A stretch of DNA of 39,140 nt from an uncultured Fidelibacterota bacterium (GCA_913040915.1 CAJWHW010000021.1:1-39140); one strand, 5' to 3'. Shown: positions 27,422 through 38,019, counted from the first letter of the stretch. Program-made: numbers and translations. Notes: generated from the letters alone by a model not told the origin.

Positions 27422-29224
27422 ATGAAAACAGTACATATCCGCAATTTTTGTATTATTGCTCATATTGATCATGGCAAATCAACTCTGGCTGATCGCCTTT
27501 TAGAAGAAACAGATACACTATCCCAAAAAAAAATGAAAGCCCAGGTTTTGGATAGTATGGATTTGGAAAGAGAGCGTGGAATTACAATAAAAAGTCATCC
27601 GATTAGAATGGAGTATAAACATAAAGATGGTGTTACTTATGTTTTAAATTTAATTGATACTCCAGGACACGTTGATTTTTCTTATGAAGTGTCTAGATCT
27701 TTAGCAGCTTGTGAAGGGGCATTGTTATTAGTAGATGCAGCTCAAGGTGTTGAGGCACAGACTGTTTCAAATACATATCTAGCAATTGAAAATAATCTTG
27801 CCTTAATTCCGATAATAAACAAGGTGGATCTTCAATCAGCTATGGTAGAAGATGTAAAAATTCAAATCATGGAATTAATTGGTTGTGATGAAAGTGAGAT
27901 TATTGAAGCAAGTGCTAAGAGTGGTAAAGGTATCCAAAATATTTTTAAAGCTATAATCGATAGGATTGATCCGCCAAAGGATAATGCAAATGACCAAAGT
28001 CGAGCATTAATATTTGATTCTATGTACGATAATTACAAGGGTGCCATTCCTTATATCCGTGTATTTGACGGTATTTTAAAACCGGGAATGACTGCTCAAT
28101 TTTTTGCTCACGGAATAGAATATGAGATTACTGAAACTGGACACTTTGTCTTAGATAAAATTAAATCAACAGAATTACGTTCTGGTGATGTGGGATATAT
28201 AGTTGCTAGTATTCGGGATATGGGTCATATCGAACCAGGAGATACAATTACTACAAAAGAGAATAAGGCTGATAAACAGCTTCCTGGATATAAAAAAGTT
28301 AAACCCATGGTTTTTTCAGGTCTTTATCCTGCAGATGCGGATGATTATGATCAACTAAGGCAAGCTTTGGAAAAACTTCAGTTAAATGATGCTTCCCTTG
28401 AATTCACTCCAGAAACCAGTGAAGCATTAGGCTTTGGATTTCGATGCGGATTTTTAGGATTATTACATATGGAAATTATCCAAGAACGATTGGAGCGGGA
28501 ATTCGACTTGGATTTAGTGACAACAACTCCAAATGTTATATATGAAGTATTATTTAGGAATGAAGAGATAATTAAGGTAGATACACCTGCAAAAATGCCG
28601 CCTATTGGAGAAATTAATTCAATTTTTGAACCAATTGTTGCTGCTGAAATATTAACACCCAAAGAATACATTGGCAGCATAATGACACTCTGTCAAAAAA
28701 AGCGAGGATCTTATAAGAATACTCAATATTTATCACCTGAAAAAGCTGTACTCCATTATGATTTACCTCTAGGTGAAATTATTTTTGATTTTTATGATAA
28801 ACTGAAATCATTATCAAGTGGATATGCATCTTTTGATTATGAATTCAAAGAATTTGAAAAATCACAACTTCAAAAACTTGATATTTTAATTCATGGTGAA
28901 CCTGTAGATGCTTTATCTATTATATGCCATAGTGATGATGCATATCACCGTGGCGTGGCCCTTTGTTCAAAATTAAAAGAACTGATCCCAAGGCAAATGT
29001 TTGAAGTTGCAATTCAAGCTGCCATAAATAACCGGATCATCGCCAGAACGACTGTTAGAGCATTAAAGAAGAATGTTACTGCAAAATGCTATGGTGGTGA
29101 TATCACTAGAAAAAGAAAATTGTGGGAAAAACAAAAAAAAGGTAAAAAGCGAATGAAAATGATTGGTAAAGTAGAAGTACCGCAAGAAGCACTTTTGGCA
29201 GTTTTACAAGTAGATTCCGATTAA
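27422..29224 (+). CDS. lepA: translation elongation factor 4
   Basis: [48 protein letters not shown]. Confidence 0.98.
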   Translation: MKTVHIRNFCIIAHIDHGKSTLADRLLEETDTLSQKKMKAQVLDSMDLERERGITIKSHPIRMEYKHKDGVTYVLNLIDTPGHVDFSYEVSRSLAACEGALLLVDAAQGVEAQTVSNTYLAIENNLALIPIINKVDLQSAMVEDVKIQIMELIGCDESEIIEASAKSGKGIQNIFKAIIDRIDPPKDNANDQSRALIFDSMYDNYKGAIPYIRVFDGILKPGMTAQFFAHGIEYEITETGHFVLDKIKSTELRSGDVGYIVASIRDMGHIEPGDTITTKENKADKQLPGYKKVKPMVFSGLYPADADDYDQLRQALEKLQLNDASLEFTPETSEALGFGFRCGFLGLLHMEIIQERLEREFDLDLVTTTPNVIYEVLFRNEEIIKVDTPAKMPPIGEINSIFEPIVAAEILTPKEYIGSIMTLCQKKRGSYKNTQYLSPEKAVLHYDLPLGEIIFDFYDKLKSLSSGYASFDYEFKEFEKSQLQKLDILIHGEPVDALSIICHSDDAYHRGVALCSKLKELIPRQMFEVAIQAAINNRIIARTTVRALKKNVTAKCYGGDITRKRKLWEKQKKGKKRMKMIGKVEVPQEALLAVLQVDSD

Positions 29225-29228
29225 TTCA

Positions 29229-29939
29229 ATGCATTCCTATTGGCGATCCACCCGTTCTCCGCTGTATAGTTTTTTGTTTACAATCCCATTGTTTCTTATC
29301 TATGAGATAGGAATCATTATTTCAACGTCTGATGAAATGATGGTTATGCGGAATGGAGCAGATGCTTTAATGAGGCAAATATTAGAAATATTTGGTGTCC
29401 ATGGGCATCATTGGATTGGAGCAATATTTTTTTCAGGTTTTATAATTACGTTTATACTCCATAGAAAATATTGGGAAAATACAGCCATTCACGGCGATTA
29501 TCTTTTATTGATGATAGGAGAAAGTATATTTTGGTCTGTTTTAATCTATTATTTTATGGCAAATGTATACTTGCTACTTATGAATCCAACTGGTTTTAGA
29601 TTGATCCAGCAGGTCACCCTTGCAGTGGGAGCAGGTATTTATGAAGAATTTCTTTTCAGAGTATTATTGATAGCAGGGGTTTCTGGAATATTTGGTTTCA
29701 TCTTTCAGTGGTCAAATAAAATGAGAAAATGGATGGCAATGGTTTTTGCCGCAGGAATCTTTTCTTATTTTCATTTTATCGGTGAATATGGTGATTATTT
29801 CTCTTTCAATATTTTTATGATCCGGTTTTTGGCGGGCATTATTTTAGGGACTATCTATTTTTTCAGGGGCTTTGGGATTACTGCCTGGTCCCATGCTATA
29901 TATGATCTTATTGTTCTTACAAGAATAACAACTGAATAA
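29229..29939 (+). CDS. CPBP (Rce1/Abi) family intramembrane glutamic protease
   Basis: YEEFLFR, FSYFH, HAIYD motifs; several TM helices. Confidence 0.88.
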   Translation: MHSYWRSTRSPLYSFLFTIPLFLIYEIGIIISTSDEMMVMRNGADALMRQILEIFGVHGHHWIGAIFFSGFIITFILHRKYWENTAIHGDYLLLMIGESIFWSVLIYYFMANVYLLLMNPTGFRLIQQVTLAVGAGIYEEFLFRVLLIAGVSGIFGFIFQWSNKMRKWMAMVFAAGIFSYFHFIGEYGDYFSFNIFMIRFLAGIILGTIYFFRGFGITAWSHAIYDLIVLTRITTE

Positions 29940-29961
29940 GTAAATCTTTTTAAATTTAACA

Positions 29962-30771
29962 ATGAGACTTCGTTTAATATATCTATTCTTTATTTTGGTT
30001 AAAATCACAAATGGGGAAATCACTAATGGAAGACTTTCTATAATACCAGAATATGACCAAAATCTTGTAACCATCTTATTTACTGCTCAGCGTGGAATTA
30101 AAGATCAAAAATCACCAATATATTTTTCAGTACCTGATGATGTGGATAGTGTTTCTAAAATCGAGACACTTCCTAATAATCAAATTAATTTTTATGTGAT
30201 TCCAACAAAAACTATTGATGGGAAAACTTGGGTAGAAATATCTCCTGATTTAGTTGAATTTGCATATTTGATCAATTCATCACCTTTTTCAAAACCAGGA
30301 CCAAGAGAGTTTGAGTATAATCTTTCTTTCTCCCAACAAGTAACCAATTTAAATTTAGAAATTCAGAAACCACTGGCAGCAGAAAAATTCAGATATATAG
30401 GATTTGATGGTCAGAAATCTAGTGATTCTAACGGGCAAACTACTTATTTTGTTGAACTGGACAATATACCAACTGGATCAAGTCGTCTAATTAAAATTTC
30501 TTATGAAAATCCACTAGGTATAACCACGAGAGACGCTTTACAAGAATTAATGTCCATTTCTGAGCAGAAAAAACTCCCACAAAACCCTGTAAAACAGATT
30601 AGGCGCCATAAACTTTATATATGGGAACCACTTTTTGCCTTAGGAGTTCTAAGTGTTATAATTGCCATCGTAATAATGAATAGTAGTGTACAATCTTTAA
30701 ACTGTTCAAATTGTGAACAAAAATTAAATTCCAATGACAAATATTGTCCGAAATGCGGAGAGAAAATCTAA
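29962..30771 (+). CDS. membrane protein with exported beta domain, one TM helix and C-terminal zinc ribbon
   Basis: N-terminal hydrophobic signal; TM LFALGVLSVIIAIVIM; CSNC-x10-CPKCG. Confidence 0.85.
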   Translation: MRLRLIYLFFILVKITNGEITNGRLSIIPEYDQNLVTILFTAQRGIKDQKSPIYFSVPDDVDSVSKIETLPNNQINFYVIPTKTIDGKTWVEISPDLVEFAYLINSSPFSKPGPREFEYNLSFSQQVTNLNLEIQKPLAAEKFRYIGFDGQKSSDSNGQTTYFVELDNIPTGSSRLIKISYENPLGITTRDALQELMSISEQKKLPQNPVKQIRRHKLYIWEPLFALGVLSVIIAIVIMNSSVQSLNCSNCEQKLNSNDKYCPKCGEKI

Positions 30772-31580
30772 TGTTTCCAGTCTTATTTGAAATAGGTCCT
30801 ATAAAAATATACTCATATGGCTTCATGTTGGTAGTAGCATTTTATACATGTTATTTTCTATTACACCATGATTTGAAGCGTTTGGGCCACGATGATAAAT
30901 TAGCGTCAGATATGGTATTTTGGGCAGCTGTCGGTGGTATATTGGGATCTAAAATATATTATTTATTGGAAAACCTGGGCCAAGTAATCGAAGATCCTAT
31001 TGGGATGATATTTAGTGGTTCTGGGTTAGTTTTCCTTGGTGGTTTAATGGGTGGCACATTGGCTGTAACTATACTATTACGAAAAAATGGACTGCCTTGG
31101 TTGAAATTCGCGGATATTGTTGCACCACTTTTAATTTTAGGATATGGAATAGGTAGGATTGGTTGTTTTCTTGTGGGCGACGATTATGGAATTCCTAGTA
31201 ATTTACCTTGGGCAATAGCATTCCCCAATGGGCTTCCACCATCAACCTCCAGTGTTTTTGGATTGTATTATCCTTGGATAGATATTTCTGATTTTGAATC
31301 TGGTTTACTTAAAGTTCATCCTACACAGATATATGAATCTGTTACGTGTATTTCATTATTTTTCTTTCTCTGGTTCAAACGTTCTACTATAAAAGTAACA
31401 GGTAGTCTTTTCTTCCTTTATTTAATCTTGGCTGGAGTTGAAAGATTCGCAGTCGAGTTTATTCGAACGAATGAAAAATACTTATTCGATATCTTTTCAG
31501 GCTCCCAAATAATTTCAATAATTATGATTATTATAGGTTCTTATTTTCTGCTTTATCCTTTATCAGATATGGAGCAATAA
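30771..31580 (+). CDS. lgt: prolipoprotein diacylglyceryl transferase
   Basis: MFPVLF.IG...YSYG, GL.F.GG, GRIGCFLVGDDYG, HPTQIYE, RF.VEFIR; TAATG-coupled start at 30771. Confidence 0.95.
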   Translation: MFPVLFEIGPIKIYSYGFMLVVAFYTCYFLLHHDLKRLGHDDKLASDMVFWAAVGGILGSKIYYLLENLGQVIEDPIGMIFSGSGLVFLGGLMGGTLAVTILLRKNGLPWLKFADIVAPLLILGYGIGRIGCFLVGDDYGIPSNLPWAIAFPNGLPPSTSSVFGLYYPWIDISDFESGLLKVHPTQIYESVTCISLFFFLWFKRSTIKVTGSLFFLYLILAGVERFAVEFIRTNEKYLFDIFSGSQIISIIMIIIGSYFLLYPLSDMEQ

Positions 31581-31581
31581 C

Positions 31582-32409
31582 CTGCTTATTGTTTTTATAA
31601 TATTAATTTTATGTTCAACACCGACTTTTGGGCAGGTTAACCTTTATATCACCGAATTTCGGCCGTTCCCTGAAAAACTGAACCTTTTAGATTTAGAACC
31701 ATCCAAATTGAGTTGGTCAATTGCAAACCACTTTTTATTACTGGATGAAAAAAAAAGAGAATTGATAGCACTAGATCCATTTGGTGAAATGAATTTATCA
31801 AGCGGATTAGGGCAAAAGCGTTTTCATTTTGGCGATTTAGTTTGGATAGGTATGTCACCGCAGGGAATTAAAGTTGTAGATCGATTAGAAAATGAAATTA
31901 TTATTCTAGATTATCATTTAAATACCATACGTAATATTACATTGAATCAACGTATTTTCCCTGAAAACGTCGCTATAGACCCATGGGGAAGACTATTTCT
32001 TTATACTAGGACTTACAATTGTATCTATATTTTTGACAATGGAGAAATGTATCAGACACCATTTATAAATTTATCAAAGGAATTTTCACCAGCTTTTTGT
32101 ATGCAAAAGATGGAAATAAACCAGGATGGTGAGATTGCCATATTGGAATGCAATGGGAGTATTCATTTTTTTAATAGAAATGGACAAATAAAAATTTCAT
32201 TAACAGCACTGTTAGAAGATCCAACTTTTTTAATCCCTTTACGTGATGATTGGTTTATTTTTAATCAAAATGGAGTTGGTATTTCAATTCAAACACGGGA
32301 TCATGTAATAATACCAGTTGCAAGCCTTCCTATAGTAGATATGGTATCCTTAAATCGTTCCATTGCAGTTTTATCAAAGGATCATATACTAGTTCTTGAT
32401 GTCAAATAA
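31582..32409 (+). CDS. secreted beta-propeller (NHL/6-bladed-like) protein; probable CTG start
   Basis: Frame open from 31537, with signal peptide LLIVFIILILCSTPTFG-Q upstream of the track's TTG 31708; blade-like segments IKVVDRLENEIIILD, VAIDPWGRLFLY, MEINQDGEIAIL. Confidence 0.7.
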   Translation: MLIVFIILILCSTPTFGQVNLYITEFRPFPEKLNLLDLEPSKLSWSIANHFLLLDEKKRELIALDPFGEMNLSSGLGQKRFHFGDLVWIGMSPQGIKVVDRLENEIIILDYHLNTIRNITLNQRIFPENVAIDPWGRLFLYTRTYNCIYIFDNGEMYQTPFINLSKEFSPAFCMQKMEINQDGEIAILECNGSIHFFNRNGQIKISLTALLEDPTFLIPLRDDWFIFNQNGVGISIQTRDHVIIPVASLPIVDMVSLNRSIAVLSKDHILVLDVK

Positions 32410-35400
32410 AATTAGGCTGCTTTATGGTCTTTATTTATTATGTAATTGTGCAATTATCGCACAAGTATCTTCTACAGTAGATACTATTTTTCAGGTTGGG
32501 TTAGGAAATACGATTCAATTAAGTAATAGTTTTATACTAGAATCATCTGTTAAAGTAGATTATTTAGGTGAATCATTAACTATTGAATCGATTCAATCTA
32601 TTGAAGGAATAATAACACTTTCTGATTCCAAATATGATTTTCCCATTGTTGTCCACTACGATTATTTAAATAAAGGTTTACCAATTTCTGTTGGTCCAAA
32701 GTGGAAAACCTTACCTGCTCTTGGTACAAAAATATCTCAATTAAACCAAGAAATATCATCATATGCTAAACCTAAAAGTAATACCGAGTCCAATCTCTTT
32801 TCATCAGGGAATATCTATCGCCAATTAACTATTTCACCACTAGGAGGCTCTGATTTTACTGGCGGCCTTCAAATGCAGTTGAATGGGAAGTTGACAGAAA
32901 ATTTGATTGTCAGTGGTGTACTAACAGATCAGGAGTTAACAATACAACCTGAAGGTACTACAAGAGAATTGGAAGAAATAGACCTAGTTTATCTTAAAGT
33001 AACTCATCCTAATTATACAGTAGATGCAGGTGATATATTTTTTGAAAATAATTTAAATAAAAAACAAAAAATTGATAGAAAGTTGATAGGTTTAAAAAAT
33101 AGTTTTAATATAAATAACTGGACTGGTGCTGGAGTGTTTGCTAATTCAAAAGGGAATTTTAAATCCATGGAATTTAAAGGCAGGGATGCTGATCAAGGGC
33201 CGTATCAGTTAACTGGTAAAGACGGGAACAGGGACATTATAATTCTATCTGGTACTGAGAAAGTTTGGGTGAATGGTAAAAATTGTATAAGAGGTCAAAA
33301 TCAAGATTATATTATTGATTATTCATCAGGTGAAATTCAGTTTACACCTAAAACCTTAATCCATTCTGATTCTGATATATTTGTGGAATACCAATATTCC
33401 AATTTTGAATATCAAAAAGAATTTATTGGCGGATCCATGAAAAAGGTCTTTGCTCATAAAGGCTTATTTAGCTATGGATATTTTAGAGAATCTGATGAAT
33501 TCAATGGCATGAATTGGAGAGGTGATATAAAGGATTCGTTGAATGTATTAGATGCAGGAAAAATAAAGATAAGTACGGCAGTTTTAAATGATAAAGGTGA
33601 TTATATCAAAAAGAATAATATTTTTGAATATTATCCAGAAAATATATCATCTGATTCATTGAGATATACAGTAACCTTTGAGTATAATGAGAATGGAAAA
33701 TATGCTCGGAAAATTTCAAATAAAGGGCGAATCTATTATAAATATATTACCGGTGACATAAGTCAAGAAAGTGATCAGGATAGATACAGTCCATTTCGAC
33801 TAATTTATGCTCCACAAACACATAGTCTCGGATATTTTGGTGGAGAGTATAAAATAGGAAACAATTTGAAAATTTCTTCTAATTTGACCACTTCTATGGT
33901 TAATAGAAACAGTTACAACTTATCAGGGAATACTTCAAATGGCTCCGCATCTATGGTTGAGATTATTCTAGATTCATTAGAATTCAGTAGAGGTTTATTT
34001 TATCTTTCAATTTCCGATTGGACAAGAGGTTTGAATTATTATGCGCTTGGTCAGGAAAATGATGTACAGCAAAGAAGATTTTGGAACTTAGATTCTTCAT
34101 TGAATAATAATATTAAAGAATCAAAGGTGAATTCTACATTGATCATTCATGAATATGGCACCACTAATATTGAAATTGCCCAATTGAACCATCAAAATTT
34201 CACTCATTCCAGGTTCTTTTTTAATCAGGATATCACTCATTTAAAATTTACCAATACATACATAAATCATAGATCAATTCGAAAACCAAAAGGAATATTT
34301 AATCGATCTGATGGAAGATTTCAAATACATTTCAAGGAATTTTCACCATTTATAAAGGTATTATCAGAAACAGAATCAAATGTAGCTCGTTTTCGTAATG
34401 TGGGCAGTGGAATTCAATTCCAAAATTTGAAGACACATATCGAAACTGGAGTTGATTTGCGAAAAGATGAGACATTTAATGATTCAACGACTTGGGAATC
34501 TATTTCTGAAGATTTTATTGGATTTATTGATATGAAAGCACAGTTTCCATCAGGGTGGTCACAGAATATAATATATAAAAAACGGATTAAATCTTTTGAA
34601 TCTAGTTTACCATCCCTTGATTATTCTTTGGCAACACTAGCTTTTAGTTATAATCGTGGACTCCATCCACTTCAATGGGAACTCCAAATTAACAAAGAGG
34701 AATCCCTTTCTGAAGAAAGAGCTGTTGTTTATGATTCTGTAGGTACAGGTTTAGGACAGTATAGATATGATCCAGTTTTTAATACATATGTATCAGACCC
34801 CAATGGTGCCTTTATTGCACATTCCATTTCAACCGGAAAACGTGATCCAACATCGAACTTTGAAGGGTCACAGCGTTTTATGTTTGATTTTGGAAAAATC
34901 CCTGGTTTACCAAAACTTTTAATTCGAAGTCATAGTCGTCTAGATTATAGTGCACTTAAATCAGATATCAATAAAATATTAAGGCCTGAAATAACAGATT
35001 CGACAATTTCTCGTTCAAGATTAGAATCGAGACTAGAGATTATATATTCTGGGAAAAGAAGATTACTCAGTTGGATAGAAAATCAACATGAACTAAATGG
35101 TCTTGATCCTCGAGGAAATGATTTACATAAAACAAGTTCATTTGGTCTTGATATTGAACAATCTATCTCAAATATTTTGCAGGTTAAACTAAATACAAAG
35201 CATCGTACAAAAATAATTAAATCAACGGTTTCTGATTTGAGAAATCGAAAGATGGCTGGCTGGTGGAATGAAACCCGATTCCATGTATCGATAAATTCGT
35301 CATTTGATTTTGATATTGGTTTCTTGACAGGTTTTGATTCAGGTGAACAGCAAGAAAATTCTTTTACTGGTCATGCTCTTGGCTATTTAGTAAATGGTCG

Positions 35401-35653
35401 GTTTTTTTTCAAAAAAACTGGACGGTTGCAGACAAGTATGAGTTGGATAAATGCATTTGAAAAGAATTATGGATATAAGTTACCACCTGAAGCACTGAAT
35501 GGATATCCTCTTGGTAAAAGTTTTCGTTCCAATACACGCCTACAGTATTTCATTAACCGATCAATCTCAATGATTTTCACCTTAGATACAATAAATGATA
35601 TTCGTTACAAAAATTTTATCACATTTCAGGGAGAGATTCGTGCGCATTTTTAG
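32399..35653 (+). CDS. large putative outer-membrane beta-barrel protein (~1084 aa) with SprA-like internal modules
   Basis: Signal peptide; many amphipathic strands; C-terminal beta-signal FQGEIRAHF; segments GLQMQLNGKL...LTDQ...IQPEG and GTEKVWVNG...DYIIDYSSGEIQF. Confidence 0.75.
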   Translation: MSNKIRLLYGLYLLCNCAIIAQVSSTVDTIFQVGLGNTIQLSNSFILESSVKVDYLGESLTIESIQSIEGIITLSDSKYDFPIVVHYDYLNKGLPISVGPKWKTLPALGTKISQLNQEISSYAKPKSNTESNLFSSGNIYRQLTISPLGGSDFTGGLQMQLNGKLTENLIVSGVLTDQELTIQPEGTTRELEEIDLVYLKVTHPNYTVDAGDIFFENNLNKKQKIDRKLIGLKNSFNINNWTGAGVFANSKGNFKSMEFKGRDADQGPYQLTGKDGNRDIIILSGTEKVWVNGKNCIRGQNQDYIIDYSSGEIQFTPKTLIHSDSDIFVEYQYSNFEYQKEFIGGSMKKVFAHKGLFSYGYFRESDEFNGMNWRGDIKDSLNVLDAGKIKISTAVLNDKGDYIKKNNIFEYYPENISSDSLRYTVTFEYNENGKYARKISNKGRIYYKYITGDISQESDQDRYSPFRLIYAPQTHSLGYFGGEYKIGNNLKISSNLTTSMVNRNSYNLSGNTSNGSASMVEIILDSLEFSRGLFYLSISDWTRGLNYYALGQENDVQQRRFWNLDSSLNNNIKESKVNSTLIIHEYGTTNIEIAQLNHQNFTHSRFFFNQDITHLKFTNTYINHRSIRKPKGIFNRSDGRFQIHFKEFSPFIKVLSETESNVARFRNVGSGIQFQNLKTHIETGVDLRKDETFNDSTTWESISEDFIGFIDMKAQFPSGWSQNIIYKKRIKSFESSLPSLDYSLATLAFSYNRGLHPLQWELQINKEESLSEERAVVYDSVGTGLGQYRYDPVFNTYVSDPNGAFIAHSISTGKRDPTSNFEGSQRFMFDFGKIPGLPKLLIRSHSRLDYSALKSDINKILRPEITDSTISRSRLESRLEIIYSGKRRLLSWIENQHELNGLDPRGNDLHKTSSFGLDIEQSISNILQVKLNTKHRTKIIKSTVSDLRNRKMAGWWNETRFHVSINSSFDFDIGFLTGFDSGEQQENSFTGHALGYLVNGRFFFKKTGRLQTSMSWINAFEKNYGYKLPPEALNGYPLGKSFRSNTRLQYFINRSISMIFTLDTINDIRYKNFITFQGEIRAHF

Positions 35654-36977
35654 TAATTTAATTTATTTAGCTTTTGGGATCCTTATTGGGCAAGATCCCA
35701 TGATCAAAATTCCATCTATTGAATCAAGTGTTATTTTAGACTCTCTCTATAATAAAAAAGAATATGATTCAAACATAGCATTGGTTTATAACCTAAAAAG
35801 ATTTCAACTAAACCCTGACTATTCAATCTATTCTATTGTTGAAAATAGAAAATACATAGATTCATTAGTGATAGATGGTGTTATAAATATCCAAAATCCG
35901 ATTATGGATCGAATTATAGCTCCATTAAAATCTAACCCTATAAATAATGGATTTGAGAATATTAAGAAAAACTGGGTTCAACGTTATTACTTTTTTAGGC
36001 AAGAACCTTTAATTGAACTTGGTCTAATTAATGAAAGCCATTTAGGGGCTATTCTTCAATTTTCACCAGAATTTGAAAGTTATTTTTCTGGAATATTTGG
36101 ACTAAGTCAACAAGGAAAGAATTGGTATCTGAATGGAGAAATTGATCTTCATTTTGAAAATTTGATTCAAACGGCCGGTATTTTAGATTTATATTGGAAG
36201 CGAACTGATTCATTATCTCAGAGTATTCAATTTGAAATACTTGAGCCACATCCGTTCGGATGGGAATTAGGTACTCACATTCGATATCACCATGAAATTA
36301 TGAGTGGTTTGTATACAATTATTAAAACAGAATCAATGTTACGGCTATATTCCCCATGGGTAGGGCATTTAAATTTGGGTTTCATATCTGGAAGGACACA
36401 TCCCACAAAAATTGGCCAAATCAGCGGTTTTGAAAAGGTATGGTTTAAAGCTCTCTCAATTTCAAAGAATACAGATACAAGAAACCAACGTTATCTACCA
36501 ACTAAAGGGAAAAAAATCAATATTAGCATTGATGCAGGTCTTCAGAAAAAGACTGAATACATTGAAACAGAATTTGATATTCAGCAGTATTTTGAAATTT
36601 GGAAAAAATTTAATGTAATGTTGCGGTTGCAGGGGAAGGGGCTACATGATTTTAAAGTAATAATTCCTAAATCAAGGTATATGATCTATGGAGGTAGTGG
36701 TACTTTACGAGGGTTCAAAGAACAAAACTTTTCCGCACCACAATTTCAAGTGGGCACAATTGAACTAAATTATAAACCGGTTAATATGATACAAACAGGC
36801 ATTTTTATAGATTGTGGTACAGATAAATTGAACTTATTTAATAATAATAATGTTGGTTATGGTTTAGGCTTTACACAAGTATCAAATAAAACCATAATTA
36901 AAATTCAATATGCAATGGCAAAAGGCCAAAATTTCAGTGATGGAAAGCTACATATTAATTGGATTTCTCGTATATAA
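35640..36977 (+). CDS. Omp85 (BamA/TamA-like) outer membrane protein with reduced periplasmic region
   Basis: GTG start after GGAGAG; signal peptide; DTRN...PTKG, GG..TLRGF (loop-6 VRGF-like), VGYGLG, terminal strand KLHINWISRI. Confidence 0.8.
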   Translation: MRIFSNLIYLAFGILIGQDPMIKIPSIESSVILDSLYNKKEYDSNIALVYNLKRFQLNPDYSIYSIVENRKYIDSLVIDGVINIQNPIMDRIIAPLKSNPINNGFENIKKNWVQRYYFFRQEPLIELGLINESHLGAILQFSPEFESYFSGIFGLSQQGKNWYLNGEIDLHFENLIQTAGILDLYWKRTDSLSQSIQFEILEPHPFGWELGTHIRYHHEIMSGLYTIIKTESMLRLYSPWVGHLNLGFISGRTHPTKIGQISGFEKVWFKALSISKNTDTRNQRYLPTKGKKINISIDAGLQKKTEYIETEFDIQQYFEIWKKFNVMLRLQGKGLHDFKVIIPKSRYMIYGGSGTLRGFKEQNFSAPQFQVGTIELNYKPVNMIQTGIFIDCGTDKLNLFNNNNVGYGLGFTQVSNKTIIKIQYAMAKGQNFSDGKLHINWISRI

Positions 36978-36981
36978 GAAA

Positions 36982-38019
36982 ATGAAATCAATTTTTAAAA
37001 TATCAGTATATAAGAAAATATATTATTTACCAATATTGATTCTTGGAATCAATAACCTGAATTGTAGTGGGAAAAGAGAAGCATTAGGTGCCGATAATGA
37101 AATTCGAGTTATTTGTTCTGATATTGATAAAGATATTGTTCGAAAATATTTAAAATCGATTTTCACTGATACTATTTTCACACCAGAGCCTGAACCTTAT
37201 TACTATTTAAAGTTTTCCGATCCTGATACATATAATGATTTAAAGGAACAATCCCATGTTATTGTTGCAGCCTTAGACCGTAATAAGGGAAATCCTGGAT
37301 ATCAATTAATTAAGAGATTGTTGCCTGAAGAGCAGTTTCAAAAAACTGAATTAGGAGATCCTCTGATTTTGGCTAAAGATGTGAATGCACGAAAGCAATT
37401 ATTTATGATAATTAATGGAAGTTCAGAAGATCAATTAATGTCGACTATTGATTCAAAAAGAAATTTTATACGGAAACAATATTTTGATCAATTTGTTGAT
37501 CGACAAAGCAGATTTATTTTCGGTTCAGACCGAAACAAAAAGTTAGAAGATTCTCTGGCGAATGCATTTGGATGGCAAATGAAAATTCCATGGGGTTGGG
37601 AATTGATCAAAAGTGATAAAGAGTCTCAATTTGTTTGGATTGGAAAAGAAAGACCTTTTCAGTGGATTGGAATCGGGTGGGAAGATGGTAACCTGGTAGA
37701 GGATGAACTGAAAGTAGGTGAATATATTTGGAATTGGCCGATGAGTCATTACGGATTTATTCGGTTAAACGATTATAAATTTGAAATACAAGTTGCAGCT
37801 CATAATAATAAAAAGGCATGGCGTGCCCAAGGGATCTGGGAAACTATTGATGTGAAAGAAGCTAAAGGCGGTCCATTCCGTTCTTATATATTATATGATG
37901 AGAAGCAAAACCGATCTTATCATTTAAATTATTTAATTCATCATCCTGGTAATGACAAATCTATATTTATGAGACAACTTGATTTAATTGTTAAAACATT
38001 TACCCCCTTGAATTCATGA
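36982..38019 (+). CDS. DUF4837 family lipoprotein
   Basis: Weak lipobox NLN-C then GADNEIRVI; P.PEP.Y; G.WE....GGPFRSY; K...MRQL. Confidence 0.72.
   Translation: MKSIFKISVYKKIYYLPILILGINNLNCSGKREALGADNEIRVICSDIDKDIVRKYLKSIFTDTIFTPEPEPYYYLKFSDPDTYNDLKEQSHVIVAALDRNKGNPGYQLIKRLLPEEQFQKTELGDPLILAKDVNARKQLFMIINGSSEDQLMSTIDSKRNFIRKQYFDQFVDRQSRFIFGSDRNKKLEDSLANAFGWQMKIPWGWELIKSDKESQFVWIGKERPFQWIGIGWEDGNLVEDELKVGEYIWNWPMSHYGFIRLNDYKFEIQVAAHNNKKAWRAQGIWETIDVKEAKGGPFRSYILYDEKQNRSYHLNYLIHHPGNDKSIFMRQLDLIVKTFTPLNS

Noticed and set aside
29229..29939. Abortive-infection defence gene (Abi label)
   Set aside because: The CPBP/Abi name is historical; motifs indicate a membrane protease and there is no defence-island context
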